64,000 nt of DNA from the human T2T-CHM13v2.0 reference genome, Homo sapiens, in NCBI RefSeq assembly GCF_009914755.1, contig NC_060931.1; one strand, 5' to 3'. Under the pieces are notes generated by a model that saw only the letters and a program-made list of their open reading frames with translations, was not told the DNA's origin and made no database searches. The translations under genes were made by a program, and so were the position numbers. Shown here piece by piece: positions 1 through 17,362 of the stretch. Positions within the stretch are counted from its first letter, which is position 1. Every line of letters starts with the position of its first letter.

Positions 1-397
1 ACCTTCCAATTCTGAAAGATGTCATTACCATTTGAAGTAGTCTAAAACAGTTTAGCAAGCTTATTTGTACTTTATTTTTGCTCTTTCTTTTCAAGGGATG
101 TCTCTGGTATCCTCATGCTTTTTATGGATTATAGCTGCAATCTTTCTTACCAGTATTTTTGACCGTGATTCTTAATAGAGTTGTGTGCAGCCAGCAAGTT
201 TATGCAGTCTTTCAAAAAAAAAAAAAAAAACTAAAAATCAATAGCAAGAGCTGCCATGAAAGTAGAAACTACCAAAGCACTGTGGAAAAGGGTCAAAATT
301 CTACCACCATTTACAAAAGATAATTTATCACTTGACATTATTAATGTCAGTTGATAAAAAGTTTAGTGAATATTGTATAACATAACATAGGTAGTTG

Positions 398-700
398 TAT
401 GCTAAGCAGATTAATGCAGGAACAGAAAACCAGATACCACATGTTCTCACTTGTAAGTAGGAGCTAAATATTGAATACACGTGGATATAAAGAAGGGAAC
501 AATAGACACCTGGGGCTAATCGAGGGTGGGAAGGGGGAGGAGAGCGGAGGATCAAAAAACTACCTATCAGGTACTATGCTTATTACCTGCGTGAAGAAAT
601 AATCCGTACACCAAACCTCCATGACACACAATTTACCTATATAACAAACTTGCACATGTACCTCTGACCCTAAAATAAAAGTTGGAAGAAAAAAATAAAA
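398..700 (+). mobile_element. Old L1P (L1PA15/16-L1PB-like) 3' end
   Basis: gaacagaaaaccagataccacatgttctcact...ttgcacatgtacc...aaaataaaagtt followed by an A-rich tail. Confidence 0.85.
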
Positions 701-794
701 TTTAAATAAGTTCTATAGTTCTAACTATAGAACACCAAAAAAGGAATTATAGGTTTCTTTGTTCCTGTTAGAGAACTAATATTAAATATCATCA

Positions 795-1208
<414 letters not shown>

Positions 1209-3581
1209 TTATGTTTGAATTAATAGTCCATATTTTAAACATATAATTTGTTTATATTACCTTTATAATGTATGCTTCTAGTATTTCCAGATATAATAAA
1301 ATAATTTGTACTTTTTCATAGTATCTAAAAGCTCAAAAATAAATGACTAAAAATATTAAAGATGGTAAAGTTTGTTTTATATTTAATAACGTAAGAACAA
1401 CCCAAAATATTTAAATTAAAATAGCAGTATAAAAACGAATTAAACACTATGTATATGTGCATATAGCTGTAATAACAAATGTCACTTAAAGACAATGTTT
1501 CAAGAAATAGACAAGCATATATGTTTCTTCTACTAGTCCAATTTAATATCAACATAGTTTACTTTTCATGCCAAACACAACATAGTTTACTTTTCATACC
1601 ATTTTAGGTACTTACATAAATTCTTGGAGGCTAATTTCTAGGTTTCAGAAACATATTAAAGCTTACTACTCCAATACATTTCACCTAATTTTATTCTGGG
1701 TTTTAGTTGATGATGATGTTCTGAAACTAAAGCCATTTTCAGATTCTCTGCATAACTGTCACTACAATTCTAATTCATTCTCAACTTACACACACTTGCA
1801 TAATGCAAAAACATTAGAATTTCTTTTAACATGGGGAAATGATTCGTTTTAGGCCCAATTACAAGCAAATGGTAGCAGCTAGTGGGAAGGATGGAAGTAT
1901 GCTTCTGGTTTTTAAGAAAGTTTTTACTTTACTAGAAAGAGAAATATTAAAATGATTAAATAACAGAAAAATAATTGTCACAGGATATTATATAAGTTAT
2001 TGGCACATGACTGGCTTAGACAGTAAATGCTATGAACCAAGCAATTAAAGCAGAATGGAGAAGTAAATGGTATTAGAGTTCTTCCTCTAAAGGATGGATA
2101 GAATTTGTAAAATACTAATAGCTGACATTTATTGAATGTCTGGTTTGTACTAACACTGTTCTAAGTGTTCACGTTTATTGATCCCCATAACAACCTATGA
2201 GGATAAATATTTAAGCCACATGAAAATGCCAAAATTCAACTTTTTTTGATTTTCAAAAATACTAAGTCTATATGGTTCAATCTAACATTACTGTTATAAT
2301 TTCACAGATAAGGAAAGTGAGGTACAAAGAAATTAAATAATCTGCTCAAACTTCAATGATGATGATTATTATTAAGTGATCAAACTCATAGCATCTAATT
2401 TCATTGTTGGCCACTTCAGTCTATGCTTTAGGGAAGAAGCCACTATACCTTGTTAGGGTGGGGATAGGGTAAAAAAATCTAACTCGTAGATTAAAATCTG
2501 CTAAACATACTTCTGTCTCTTGGTAGAAATGTGTAAAGTCCTTGAAAAGTGAAACAAAATATTTTCTACATTTGTACTCTACTCCATGCGTAGCAAAGTA
2601 TGAAGGGCATTTTAATAATGAAAGTTGTCAGTTATGTAGATGATTATTGCTGTTGCATGAAAACAGTATTCAAGTGAGTGCATGACTACATATAGGATAT
2701 TAAGGTCCCAACAAGCATCTGTTTTCAAATTAATGTAGCAGAATAGAAGTTTCAAGGTCAGTGCTTTCAACCCAGCTATAGAACATGCTATGTGAGAGTC
2801 ACCAGGTTGAAATCCAGTTGTTGTTGGGGCTTGGTAGTCTGCATGCTTAGAGTCAGGGACAAATACACACATACACATTAGCCAAGTGAGAAAATCTTAT
2901 ATCACTTTTTCTGTGTACATACTTACCAGCTTTGTACTTCAAATTTAGTAAAATATTTGCAAAATAGTCTAGACAGTCCAAATTCAATTTAAAATCAAGT
3001 TCTTTTAAATTCACAAAGGACATAACATCTTTTGTTTCTTGTGACATATTTAGTCTTGGTATTCAAGGAGTGACTACAATTTAATACATATAGTAGTGGT
3101 AGCGTCAGAAGCATATTATTACTACTTCGACTACTTCAATATTTTTCTCTATGTCTCTAAACAAATCATGATGCTATGGAAACTATATAAAATTGAAGTG
3201 AAAGGACCTGATTTTTCTATTATCTGCTAGTAAATTTGTCACATAACATTGAGTCAGACATCTCTTTTCTCTAGAACCCATTTTCCACCTCTAAAAAAAT
3301 GGACGGGGTTAGATAGTCCTGATTCTAACAGTTGATAATTCAACACATTCATTTCAACCCTGTGTTTCACGTTTGCCTTATTTGTCGCTAGAGATATTTT
3401 TTAAGGGAAAAGTGATTTGTGGCCTTTAGAAAAAAAGGTCTCATACACGTACAATGTCTTTTGGTGTTTAGATGGACACTCATTGTAGAGTTAGGAAGGC
3501 ATTCAATCCTGTCAAGCACATTCTGTCACAGACTCTCTTCAATTCTATAAGAGTTTGTTGAGTTTCTTTCATTAAGAGATA

Positions 3582-3657
3582 TTAGGTCGGTGCAAAAGTA
3601 ATTGTGATTTTTGTCATTAAAATCGCAAAAACCGTAATTACTTGTGTACAAACCTAA
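3582..3657. mobile_element. MADE1 (Hsmar1 mariner MITE)
   Basis: TTAGGTCGGTGCAAAAGTAATTG...TAATTACTTGTGTACAAACCTAA terminal inverted repeats, flanked by TA at 3580-81 and 3658-59. Confidence 0.9.
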
Positions 3658-4954
3658 TATGTACCTTGAGAGGCACTTGATGAATAACAGGTATTGTTTT
3701 TGAGCATTAAGATTCTAATAGTGTGAGGAGAATAATGTTTGTGTTTGTGTGTTCTCCCTTGTTAAGTCTCTTGAAATGGAGAAATCAACCGTTTTCAGCT
3801 TCTATTTAGCTTTGAGCTTCAACATCCTCACCAAACATATTTACATTTAGAAGAATATCCATAATGCTTTAAGCAATTTTGTCTTAATATTAGACTTAGT
3901 ATGGAAATAAGCCTTTTTGGGAGCAAATAAAAAGTTTTTCAAGGACAATTTGTTGTAAAAAGTAATAAAGATTCCATCACTCTAGCAGGTCCAATGTACC
4001 CCGTATAAGTGGATTACAGCAGCGTAGGATTTTGTAATTCCATTTTAACTTGGTGCCCAGTTCTTCTCTAAGGAATTCGCTTATTCCCTACATTAAGCAA
4101 TAAGTAAAATATCATGAAGATATGAAACTTAATTTGACTTCTACCAACTAAGTGCAGAGGGTGACGGAAAAAAAAAAAAAAGACAGTCATAGCATGGTGT
4201 AAAGGAGGACTAGTCTAAGGGTCATGGATGAGGATTTTTGTCATGAATTCACTACTGTTTGCCTAGGCTGTCCTTGGGCCAGCCACCTGGTTTCTCAGAG
4301 CCTCAGTGTGATCCACTGGAAAATGTGATCATGTTCAATGTCCTTTCCTAATCTGTCATTCTGTGAAGTGGTGCTTCCAGGTCAAGGAAACAAATAGGTC
4401 AGAATGTTCCTGTGGTCATTGTTCTCTTTAGGCTCATTTTCCATGAAATAGTTGTATTCCTCTTCCTGTAGCACACTCAGGTTAAGTTGGAGCTCTTTAA
4501 CCTGGGCATTCTTCCCAATACTTCATTAGAAATACCGCCTGCTTCAAAATCACCTTTGTTTGCACTATCTACTACAGCGTAATAGACTTCTGGCTCAGAG
4601 AGTGAAAGCTGTGGAAGAAAACTAGAAGAATATTTATGTTAACTCCCTTATTTTACAGCTAATGAAGTTGACCCTAGGGAGGTTTGATGACTCTCCACCC
4701 AGTCCCAAAGCTCCTAAAGCAAGGAATCGAGTTCCTAATGTAGGATTTTTAATTCTCTTATTGGTGTATTTTCCACTTGTCTATCTTTACCAAAGGAGCA
4801 TCAGTGATTTTTAGTGGATTTCACAAAGGAGTAATAGGACAGCTTCCTTGTCCTGTTTTTTTCTTTAAAAACTACAACCCAATAATGATGAGTGAGGCTG
4901 TTGTAATTTTCGGAAACATGATAATGGGTTGTTGCAAATATATTGAAAGTTAGG

Positions 4955-5236
4955 GGCTGTGTGCAGTGGCTCACACCTGTAATTCCAGCCTTTTGGGAGT
5001 CCAGGTCAGGTGGATTGCTTCAGCTCAGGAGTTCAAGATCAGCCTGACCAATATGGTGAAATCCTGTTTCTACTAAAACTACAAAAACTAGGTGGGCATG
5101 GTGGCACAGGTGAGAGGATCACTTGAGCCTGGGAGGTCAAGGCTGCAAGGAGCCAAGATTGTACCACTGTACTCCAGCCTGGGTGACAGAGCAATATCTT
5201 GTCTCAAAAAAAAAAAAAAGAAAAGAAAAAGAAAAA
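4955..5236 (+). mobile_element. Alu (J-like, internal deletion in right arm)
   Basis: Alu consensus with A/GAAAA tail; the cctgtagtcccagctact segment is missing. Confidence 0.93.
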
Positions 5237-5824
5237 GGTTAGGGAAGCCAGATTGAGCAGGATTTTGAAGACACGGTGTCAAATTTGTGTTCTTCATGTA
5301 GATATTTTTATTTTCTTAATGTAGTGAGTGTTAAGTACCATCCTCTGAAGTGTCCAACTCTTGAAGGAAAAGAAAAAGCTTCCAATACCATTAGATTTTT
5401 CACTCAGTTTTTGTGTTTTGTTTCATCAGTCCAACTTAGGGGCAGAGAAGAAGTTCAACTCAGTAAGAACTTTTTTGAACTTCGGTAAAATTTGCTTAAT
5501 AAATTATGTTGACTGTTGCAATATTTTCAAAGCGTCACTCTAAAGCTTGCCGAAGGGTCACTTTAAAGTTTGCCTTAAAATCAACAGTCGTGTCTTCAGT
5601 ATTACACACTGATTCTCTTTGTAAAAGGCTAAAAAGACTGCTGTAATAATAATTTGTTGAAAACATTTCTGCTGCAAGTGTATGGTAAGGTTGCAAAGGT
5701 TCTCATGAATGAGGTACTTGGGCTTGGTCCTTTTATTCTGGCTGACTCAAGGCTGCAAACAATCTTCCAGAAGTGCCTGTACTTACTACAAAGACATAAC
5801 CCAAACTTATTTTCTTTTTCATAG

Positions 5825-5986
<162 letters not shown>

Positions 5987-6395
5987 TGAGTGAGTCCCCA
6001 CAAATATGAGACACTCTTACCTTGACCATGTATTTCTGAGAAGTCTTCTACTTGGCAAATGTCATTGTATTGAAATGTACTTATTATTTTCTTGCCAAAA
6101 ATATACTTTAAAATATTTTTCCTGTCTGTATAGAATCCTAATCTAAGAATTTAATGATTATAAGGTATTTATTTTGAAAAAAGTGGAAGATATATACATT
6201 ATCCAAATATTTATTAGACAATATATAGAAAAGATAAACAGATTTTATTATAAACTTACCAGTATCAAATAACTTCCCTATGTTTATGAAGTTAGTGTTT
6301 TGTTATTGTGGCATATATTCTCAACAACTCTGAAATATTCCTGCTGAGGAAAAAAAAATCAGTTTTCACATCTTAAAATTTAAAGCATATTTTAA

Positions 6396-6583
6396 CAGTG
6401 GTTCTCAAAGTGTAGCTGGGCCACAGCAAAGTGCTGGGCCAGCTGCATCAGCATTAACAGGGAATTGGGAAACATGCAAATCCCTCCACCCCATCCCAGA
6501 CCAAATGAATGAAAGAGTTGAGGCCCACTAAAGAGTTTTACAAATCCTGGGTGATTTGAATACACAATTTTGAGAACCACCGT
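6396..6583. mobile_element. MER5-type hAT-Charlie MITE
   Basis: CAGTGGTTCTCAAA ... TTTGAGAACCACCG terminal inverted repeats. Confidence 0.8.
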
Positions 6584-7770
6584 GCTAAATTCATTTTTCC
6601 TAACTGCGGTACCTACTCAAGATTTATATTCAAATTAACTTCTGGGTCATATAGATGTTTACATTGATCTATTTTAGTTTCACTCTTATATTTCCTCTAG
6701 TGTTGAGACAATATTTTATATCTTTCCTCTGCCTTCCCTGATAGTTTAACACACTTTTGAACAGAATCTTAGAGTATTAGAACTAGAGGAAATGATCAGC
6801 CAGAATCTGTCATTTTGTGAGTTAAAAATGCCTGATCCAGTGGATGTGAGGTCACTTGTCCATGTTCACACAGATGTAGGTACTGGTAGCTCCTAGATTT
6901 TTGTATACCTTTTCTTCCATTTCAATTATAGACACTCTGTCTTTTTCACTAAAAAGGGAAAAAAGGGGGAGATTGAGGTGCCAAAAACACTACCTTAACC
7001 AAGGATTAGGAATATATTTATGGTATCCATATGGAAACATAGTTATGTTCTGCTATAGAATTTGTTACCTAAATGTGTATTTTCCCTCATGGATAATCAC
7101 AACTAGTTATACACCATGATTAGTTCTCATCACAAAGTTTTGTATTTCTAATGATTTTTTATAATTTGTAGTTTTAGCATCTTATCTGTTTTGGTTATCG
7201 GATGATTGTATAATTTTCCTTCTTCCCCAAAGCATTACTATGCTTCCAGATTGAAAATTCACACCCAAAATAAAATGAAATAACAGGCATGGTGAGGGTG
7301 GTGCCTACTACCATAGCACATGACATATAAGCCCCAGAGGGCCTTGGTGCATGTCCTGTCTTAGCAGTTTTACCCGAATCGGGTGTCTCTGTGCGCATCT
7401 GTGACAATTCATAATTTTGTCAATGAAGACTTAGTTTTTATGGGTACAAAAACATCTTACCTTAGAATTTTCTTCATGGTCTTAAAGTTTTTATATTATT
7501 AGCAAGAGTCTATACAAGTATCTTGTTGCAAAGAATGTTGTTAGGTGTACCATATATATATACACACATATATATATATGTATTCATAGGTGTATATATA
7601 CTTATGAAAATCTAGAATTCACATATGACCTAAGGAGAGTATCAGCATAATTGTTTAAGAAATAGAACCTAAGTGAACTGAGTAAGTGTGAGGAAAGAAA
7701 ATAGTTGTTAGAATTTGAGAACTCATCATGATTTTTTTTGTTTGTTTGGGGGAAGTTATATTTTTCACTT

Positions 7771-8080
7771 CTGTTTTTAATTTTGTTTATTTTTTGAGGC
7801 AAGGTCTTGTTCTGTCACCCACTCTAGAGTGCAGTGGCACGATCACAGTTCACTGCATCCTCAACCTCCTAGGCTCAAGTGATCCTCCCACCTCAGCCTC
7901 CTGAGTAGCTGGGACCACAGGCGCATGCCACTATACCCAGCTAATTTTTATGGGTTTTGTTTTGTAGACAAGGTTTCGCCATGTTGCTCATGCTGGCCTC
8001 AAACTCCTGGGCTCAAGCAATCTATGTGCCTTGGCCTCGCAAAGTGTTGGGATTACAGGTGTGACCCACCATGCCCGACC
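7771..8080 (-). mobile_element. Alu (J-like), antisense in intron 4
   Basis: Reverse Alu; 13-bp TSD ATATTTTTCACTT at 7758-7770 and 8081-8093. Confidence 0.95.
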
Positions 8081-8940
8081 ATATTTTTCACTTTTAAATA
8101 TATTATTTGGGATATGAGAAAACATATTATTGAAATAGTTCTCCTCTGGTAGTTGACAGCTGATCTATATTTTATTCTTAAAGCCTTTAACCTATCTCTC
8201 TAAGGGACAAAAAGGGGATGTGTTAGATATATTTGGTTTGCTTAGAGAGGCAATGGAGCAAAGACTGGAGAAGAACAGTTGCATTTACAGCTAAATTTTA
8301 GAATCCATAAATAGCTCTTTCTGTAACAATTTTAAAGGGATTCCTGATTATCTGTAGGTCATCTTGTCTCAGCATGTCACCAAAATAGTCTTTTATTGTT
8401 TGCCTGAGTGCCTTAAATAATGGAAAAACAACCAGTACCTTTTAGAAAAAAAATTAACACTTTGATAGTGCATGTGTTGAGCTAAACATGCTTTTTCATA
8501 ACTAATTATACCCTAAATCCATCTGACATTGGAAGTATGTGAGAATGTCCCTCCTCAAACAGAACCACAGGCTGTATTTGGCCATTGTCTGCTAAAGTAA
8601 GCTTGATTACACTTTGACAAGATATGACCTGAATCAAAGCACGAAATTGCTTGGGTTGAGATCTTATGTGTGTTTCTACCTACACCATCTCTATGAAGAT
8701 GCTGTAATTCCTTCAGAATATTCTTAGATCTGTAATTCATTTTTTGAGTTACTTTGCTTTGGAAAGAATATAAAAAGTAATCTTGAGAAAAGCATAAATT
8801 CCTTCCCTTGACCTTATAAACAAACACGTTCCAAAACTTCCATACAGTCTAACTTTTAAACAAAAAATTCAGTAATTATGTTCCCTTTTTAAAACAACAT
8901 TCTAAAGGCAGGGCTGTTTTAAGGATTTTTCTTCTAGTGA

Positions 8941-8954
8941 CTGCCATCTACTGG
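8941..8954 (-). promoter_or_regulatory. Candidate CTCF motif
   Basis: Reverse complement CCAGTAGATGGCAG fits the CCASYAGRKGGCRS core. Confidence 0.45.
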
Positions 8955-9749
8955 TATAATGTTGTCAGTACACTTTAGGTAACGTGACAATTATGTTGCT
9001 ATTGTTTTAATTTATGGGCATATTTCTGAAAATTGAAGTACTTTGATTTGAAATATTAGTAATATGCACACTAATTTAAAATACAATTGTCCTGAGTGCT
9101 GTTTCAGATTTTTATATTCTTTGTGTGTCTGCAGTACTTCAAGAATAGTAGTTTTAATAAAATTATATTAAAAATATATTTCTAGCCAACTTTGAATCCT
9201 CTTTTTAAAGAATCTGAGACATTTGTTTAGTAAATACATTTACTGAGAACTCATTATATACCAGGCATGATGCTTAGAGATACAAAACACTCATAAACCC
9301 CTACCCTGTAGGAATTTACATTTTTATTATAATGGAATAAAATGGGTTTTTAAAAAATTCAGTCCAATTGCTTAAGTCTTTACCTTGGCTATCTACTCAC
9401 TTCACAGGCATTCAAATATGACAGTGCAATTATGATATATATCTTATTTCTTCTCAGTGAATATCTTCCACTTGTGAAATGTATTTTTCCTGTAATAATC
9501 ACCCTTCACCGCGTTCCTAAAATGTAGTTGGTACTTTGCAGCCTAGATATGTTAGAGTCAGGAGATTAGAACTAGCAAAAGTATTCAATATACTTGAGGG
9601 GCTGGGGAAGTTAGTCTATAACCCTTAAAAATGGAAATTATATTCTTATCTCTAATTCTCATTAAAGAAGTCCTGAAAAAGGGAAAAAGCAGTGCTGGAT
9701 AGGCCTTGTATTTTGATCATTCTTTCTAATATAAGAAAATGTGCTCTAA

Positions 9750-10283
9750 ATATTCCCCTGCTGAAGCCCCTGTACTTTTTCCTCCTTATCCTCAGGATAA
9801 AGTCTCGTTTGAGTATTAGATGCAACTCTTTTATGTTTGAGATCTTACTTGTTTCAATAACTTTATTTCCACTACTCTCCTCACCTCTTACTCTGTAATC
9901 CAACCACACTCAAATATCTGCATTTCCCAAAACATATTATGTTCGTTCTTATGCATGCTACCATCTGCCGTACTTTACCTAACTAAACTTGTATTTGTTA
10001 CATAGACCATTTATGTAGACTTGTACTAAAAAGTGTTTTAACCCTCACCCCTACCCTGACCATTCTAAATCTGGATCTGGATCTGTTTTGTGTTTTCCCA
10101 TGGAGTCTCCATTATAACAATATTCCTTCTCTCTCACTATTTTAATTTCCAGTTTGCCAGTTTAAGACCCCTTCTCGTTAGTTTGCTAGAGACCCTGGCT
10201 GATTTCTCATTTTAACACCATTGCTTACATACTATCTATCTGGCATATTCTGTGTGTTCAAAAATCATTTGTTGAATGAATGA
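9750..10283 (+). mobile_element. L2 3' region (decayed)
   Basis: Ends in the L2-type tail ttgttgaatgaatga; boundaries approximate. Confidence 0.55.
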
Positions 10284-10297
10284 CATTTGAGATCTAA

Positions 10298-11870
<1,573 letters not shown>

Positions 11871-12014
11871 TTTTTTTTTTTTTAAGTTCTGGGATACATG
11901 TGCTGAATGTGCAGGATTGTTACATAGGTATACATGTGCCATGGTGCTTTGCTGCACCTATCAAACCATCATCTAGGTTTTAAGCCCCGTATGCCTTAAT
12001 GCATTAGATATTTG
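11871..12014 (-). mobile_element. L1PA (older, PA7-PA10-like) 3'-terminal ~130 bp with A13 tail, fused to the TFDP1 copy
   Basis: T13 at 11871-11883, then aagttctgggatacatgtg...taggttttaagcccc...gcattag, the reverse complement of an L1PA 3' end. Confidence 0.88.
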
Positions 12015-12274
12015 AGAAGACCACTTTAAGTGTATCGTTAAATAAATAGAGCTTAACTTGGAATGTCGTCTTCTTGTGGCTGGCACTGAGGCAAAGAAAT
12101 GTAATCATCTAGGAATTAGACGAATTGCATTTTGAGTTTTGGCAGGATCTGGCAGTAATTTTAAAGATAAGCTTTAAAAAGTTTTGTATTAAGCTCAATA
12201 TTAGCATTTAATCCATTTATTTGTTAAAATCTAATATTGTATTCTTGTCTTAAACAGTGACTTTGTTTTTGTAG

Positions 12275-12496
<222 letters not shown>

Positions 12497-13284
12497 TAAT
12501 TAATTCAATGGCATTGGCAAGGCATAATTTTATAATTTAGCTCATTAGTCTTATTGCTGATCTGGAGACATATATCCTAACTTTTTAAAAAGTCCACTTC
12601 TCATTATAGCTTCAGCTTTCCTAGTTGGGAAATTCATCTGAATTTAACAATTAAATTTAAACCTGAAGAATAGATTTAATAAGGTTTCTACTCATTTATA
12701 AATACACAATTTTTTTTAAATTAGCCGGTAAGCTAGTCTGTAAATCTTTGAGCACTGTTTTTGGCTTTTATTTCCCTATTCACATAATCAAGTTTAATAC
12801 CATATTTTTATTTGTTTTAAATATACTCCTCATTCCTCCTTTTCTAGACCTCTTACAATTTTAATTTATATTTAAAAGTTAGCCTAATGTTCACATCTCA
12901 ATACTGATAAGGTAATAGACTTCATTTTAATGGGATTTGTAAATAAGAATTTTTAGTAGTCCATAATGTCATGAAATGGCAGCTTGAAGATTAAGGAAAA
13001 TGTGAACTTGATGGTGTACTTGATTACCGCTTAATGTTTTGAATTACAAATAGGATAAGCTAACTACTGAATTGGAAGTTGGACTATGACTTCATTTGGC
13101 ACTATATGTGAATATTATGTTCTCTAGTTCATTGTTTTACTTTTAGATACTGTTAGGATTACAAGGTTATATATCAATTATAAATGAATGTAGAAAGCCA
13201 TAATGAATCAAATTCATTCTGATTTTAACTCAATACTCATAGCTCTTTCTTTGGCTAATGCTTTAACTTTTGGATGTCTAATTT

Positions 13285-13328
13285 TTATCATTTTAGTAAC
13301 CACTTATTATCATTTTAGTAACCACTTA
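13285..13328. repeat. 22-bp perfect tandem duplication
   Basis: TTATCATTTTAGTAACCACTTA x2. Confidence 0.95.
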
Positions 13329-13666
13329 TTAATGACTGTAACATTTAGAATACCCCTAGAAATCATTGTTCTTATAGGTTTGTTCAATGTCCCTCACCTC
13401 AACATAGTAAGAATAGTGATCAAAATGCCCTCATTGGCTTAATTATGACAGAGTGCTAGAGTTCACATCATGTCAGCTTCTGATATGTATCTTCTTTGTC
13501 ACAGCATCTAGCACTTATTTCTAGGCACCTTTCACAATTTTTAAGGCCAATAATTTAAAAAAATGTATTGCAGATGTATTTCAAGTCATTTGAGTAACCA
13601 GTGATTGAGAAATGTGAAAGTGAGTTATGTATTGTACAACTTTGAAAAAATGACTTGTAGAAGTAA

Positions 13667-13783
<117 letters not shown>

Positions 13784-14700
13784 TAAGTATTCTGGTAAAA
13801 TGTGCATGTATGTTACTAGGGTACTCTTAAGCAGGAATAGTATTCATTTAACATCTCATAAGACATAGGCATCAACCTATAGAACAGACCTGGTTATAAT
13901 TCAGCTCTGGAAACTCCTGTTCTGCTAGGTATTAACTCTTTAGTTGTGGTAACTGGTGAGTTCACACCAGTGCATAGCTGCTGACTATCAGCTCCACTTT
14001 AAGGTTTGGTTCACCTTTCTGCACAGGTTATGGTTGTGTTACATAAATCCCCAAAGGGACTATTTTTTCATCTCTGCTACTTATCCAGCATTACAGTATA
14101 ATTATTCTTACAATTAGATAACCATAAATGAAAAGGTAAAAAAAAAAAAAAACAACACATCAACTGATTGTGTAGTAGATGGAAACTTTTTTTTTACTTT
14201 TTAAATCGAGCATATCGAATTCCATATTCCAGTGGCATGACCTAAATGTGTCTATAAAGATGGAAGCTTAATGAATCCAGGCAACTGCTTTCATGACCTT
14301 CCCCCTGCAAATAGTCTTTAATAATTTTCCATATTGATAACTCAGCTTTTTTAACTTTATCAATGCAAAAATAGAATGAATATTTCAAGTGCAGTTCTAC
14401 AATGTAAATACAAAATGTGAAAATGAAGACTTTGCCAACTTTAAAGTGGTAAAATAACAAATCAGCTTCCTAAGCCATTATTTCCTTTTTTTTTTTCTAG
14501 CTCCAGCCTATTCACCTAAAGAATTTATAATTTATCATATATGTAAACTAGGAAGAACCCTAATAAATATCAGAGGAACAAGCTTTCTTCTCCATAAAAT
14601 TAACAATTGTGTGTTTGACTAGTTTTTTTCTGAAAAAGAATAAAGTGATCAAAACCAAAAGAGATGAAATGTTTTTATTAATATAAAGTAACCCCTACCT

Positions 14701-14758
14701 CAAACTGAGTCTATCTAATGATTGCTTTTCAAACTGAGTCTATCTAATGATTGCTTTT
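14701..14758. repeat. 29-bp perfect tandem duplication
   Basis: CAAACTGAGTCTATCTAATGATTGCTTTT x2. Confidence 0.95.
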
Positions 14759-15757
14759 AACAGCTAAATATTACTAGTGGAGTACTTTTTCTTCTAAAGA
14801 GTCCACAGTTACATATTTTTATAGAAAAAGTCAGTAGAGGGAAAAAAACACTTCTAAGTATTCACTTAAAAGGAAATCACAGCAATTTTTTATATTGAGA
14901 AATAACGAGCATTTCACTCTAATATTACAGAGAGATGTGGAGGGGAGTTGCAAAGCACTCCTAGTTAGAGTAAGAATTTCACATCATTTTAAGATTGTAA
15001 GGTTGATTTAACTCATGGCAAGACTGAACATGATTAACCACTTATTTTGTTTAAGCAATGGCTTGTCTTGACATGTCACTGTCAGGAGTGGAAAAAAAGT
15101 TTTTCCATCACCAAAAAGTGAGGATGCAGGGAAACTATTACTATTGTTTTTATCACTTCCAGATATATATAGCTTATTTAGACAGCAAAGTATAAGTTAG
15201 TAAACTCTTTCCTACTTTAACGCCAGTCCATGGGAGAATTAAAGGGAGGAAGGGGCAAGAATATAAATTAATCATCTACATGTTTTGAATGTTTGCTGAT
15301 CCAAACATCTGCTTCTTTCCTCTTCCCTGCTTCTCTCTTCTGCCTGCCTTGTACTTAGCTTATATCAGTTACCCACTTAACACTTTCCTTCTATTCATTC
15401 TGAACACTTATACTACTGAGTAATTCATGTATCCCATTGGAAAAAAAAAAATTTCCCCTAAGTAGAGATCTAAGTTTCTGATAAATGTTTTTAATTTTTT
15501 TCTTATTCCAAGATGTTTCTAATTAACACCTGGCAGTTTTTATTTTATGATCTGGCTACCTAATGGCATCAGGTACATTGCAATAAGATAAAAGGTTCAA
15601 ACAAAACATAAACAGAATTGAACATTTCTTAAACTTAGTACTTGTCACATTTAAATGCATCATATTAACAGAAGTATTGAATTATAATAGAAAAAGTAAT
15701 GTAAGAAAGGTATTCTTTAAATAAGAATGTTTATTCATTGTCTTTTTCTATTCCTAG

Positions 15758-15804
15758 GAATCTGTCCTATTGGGAAAGTCACTGCGACATGATTAATGGT
15801 ACAG
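15758..15804 (+). CDS. CD36: CD36 exon 8 (47 nt)
   Basis: cctag|GAATCT...ACAG|gtaaga; NLSYWESHCDMINGT. Confidence 0.97.
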
Positions 15805-16460
15805 GTAAGAATATTTGTTTTGTGGTCATCACAGTTAATCCACCTCCCTTTCCCACAAATCCACCGTTGTACTGACAGTGTTCTGAAAGTTGAGGGTGTG
15901 TGTTTACTTGCCTTTATATCCCCACAACAAAATTCAGAGTCACTATTTGTATATAGGCTAAAGGTCTGTTCAATGTGATGGGATTTGTAAAGATTAATCA
16001 TAAAAAATTAGCCCTTACTGCATGATTCAGAGAAATGTTTGCTTTGTAAAAACTTTACTGCCATCCTGGCAACAGAAGTAAATGGTAAAAAACAAACAAC
16101 AACACAAAACACTTTAGTTACATTTCAAATATTTTATAAATAGTATACAGATAAGTTAGAATTGAAAGAATTAAAAAAAGCTAATTACAAAATAGAAAAC
16201 ATATCTAAGCAAGGCTTATAGCTGAGATAGAATAAAGTTGCAAGACAGAACCATCCATTTTTGGATAAGGTGGTCAGAATGAGAGAGAAAACAATAACAA
16301 AGTCAGATGTCTTCTTAACTGTGAAAAATATATGTAAAAAATGAGCATTCATAAACTTAGATTTAAGGTATGGTTAGATCAGGCTTATTCTCCTTCAGGA
16401 AAAGCAAAGTACAGATATGCCTATTAGTTTAAGAATTAAGATTTTTAAAAAGCAATGGGA

Positions 16461-16845
<385 letters not shown>

Positions 16846-17053
16846 TTAGAAAATTAGGGAATATCCCATAGGAAAATGATATAACAAAGATAAAGACACT
16901 TAAGTAAAAATGAAGTACAGAGAATGTTTACTTTGCCAAAGGTATGATTATTGACTTCGTATGCGTACTTGATTCTATCATTGCCTTGTAGGAAATGATA
17001 AACAAAAAAAGCAAACAAAAAAAACAGCAAAAACACTGTTGGATTTGCAGGGG

Positions 17054-17362
17054 TTTTCTTTTGTTTTTTTTTTTTTTTTTTTTTGAGACATAGTCTGGCT
17101 CTGTTGCCAGGCTGGAGTGCAGTGGTGCGATCTCGGCTCACTGCAACCTCTGCCTCCTGGGGTTCAAGTGATTCTCCTACCTCAATCTCATGAGTAGTTG
17201 GGACTACAGGCATGTGCCACCACACCCAGCTAATTTTTGTATTTTTAGTAGAGACGGTTTCACCATGTTGGCCAGGATGGTCTTGATCTCTTGACCTTGT
17301 GATCCGCCCCCCTCGGCCTCCCAAAGTGCTGGGATTACAGGCTTGAGCCACCACACCTGGCC
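17054..17362 (-). mobile_element. Alu (Sc-like), intron 8
   Basis: Reverse Alu with long T tract; flanks ttgcagggg(g)tttt on both sides. Confidence 0.95.

Noticed and set aside
12251-12274. Alternative AG 17 nt upstream of the exon-6 acceptor
   Set aside because: It would introduce an immediate TGA, and the sequence gives no evidence that it is used.
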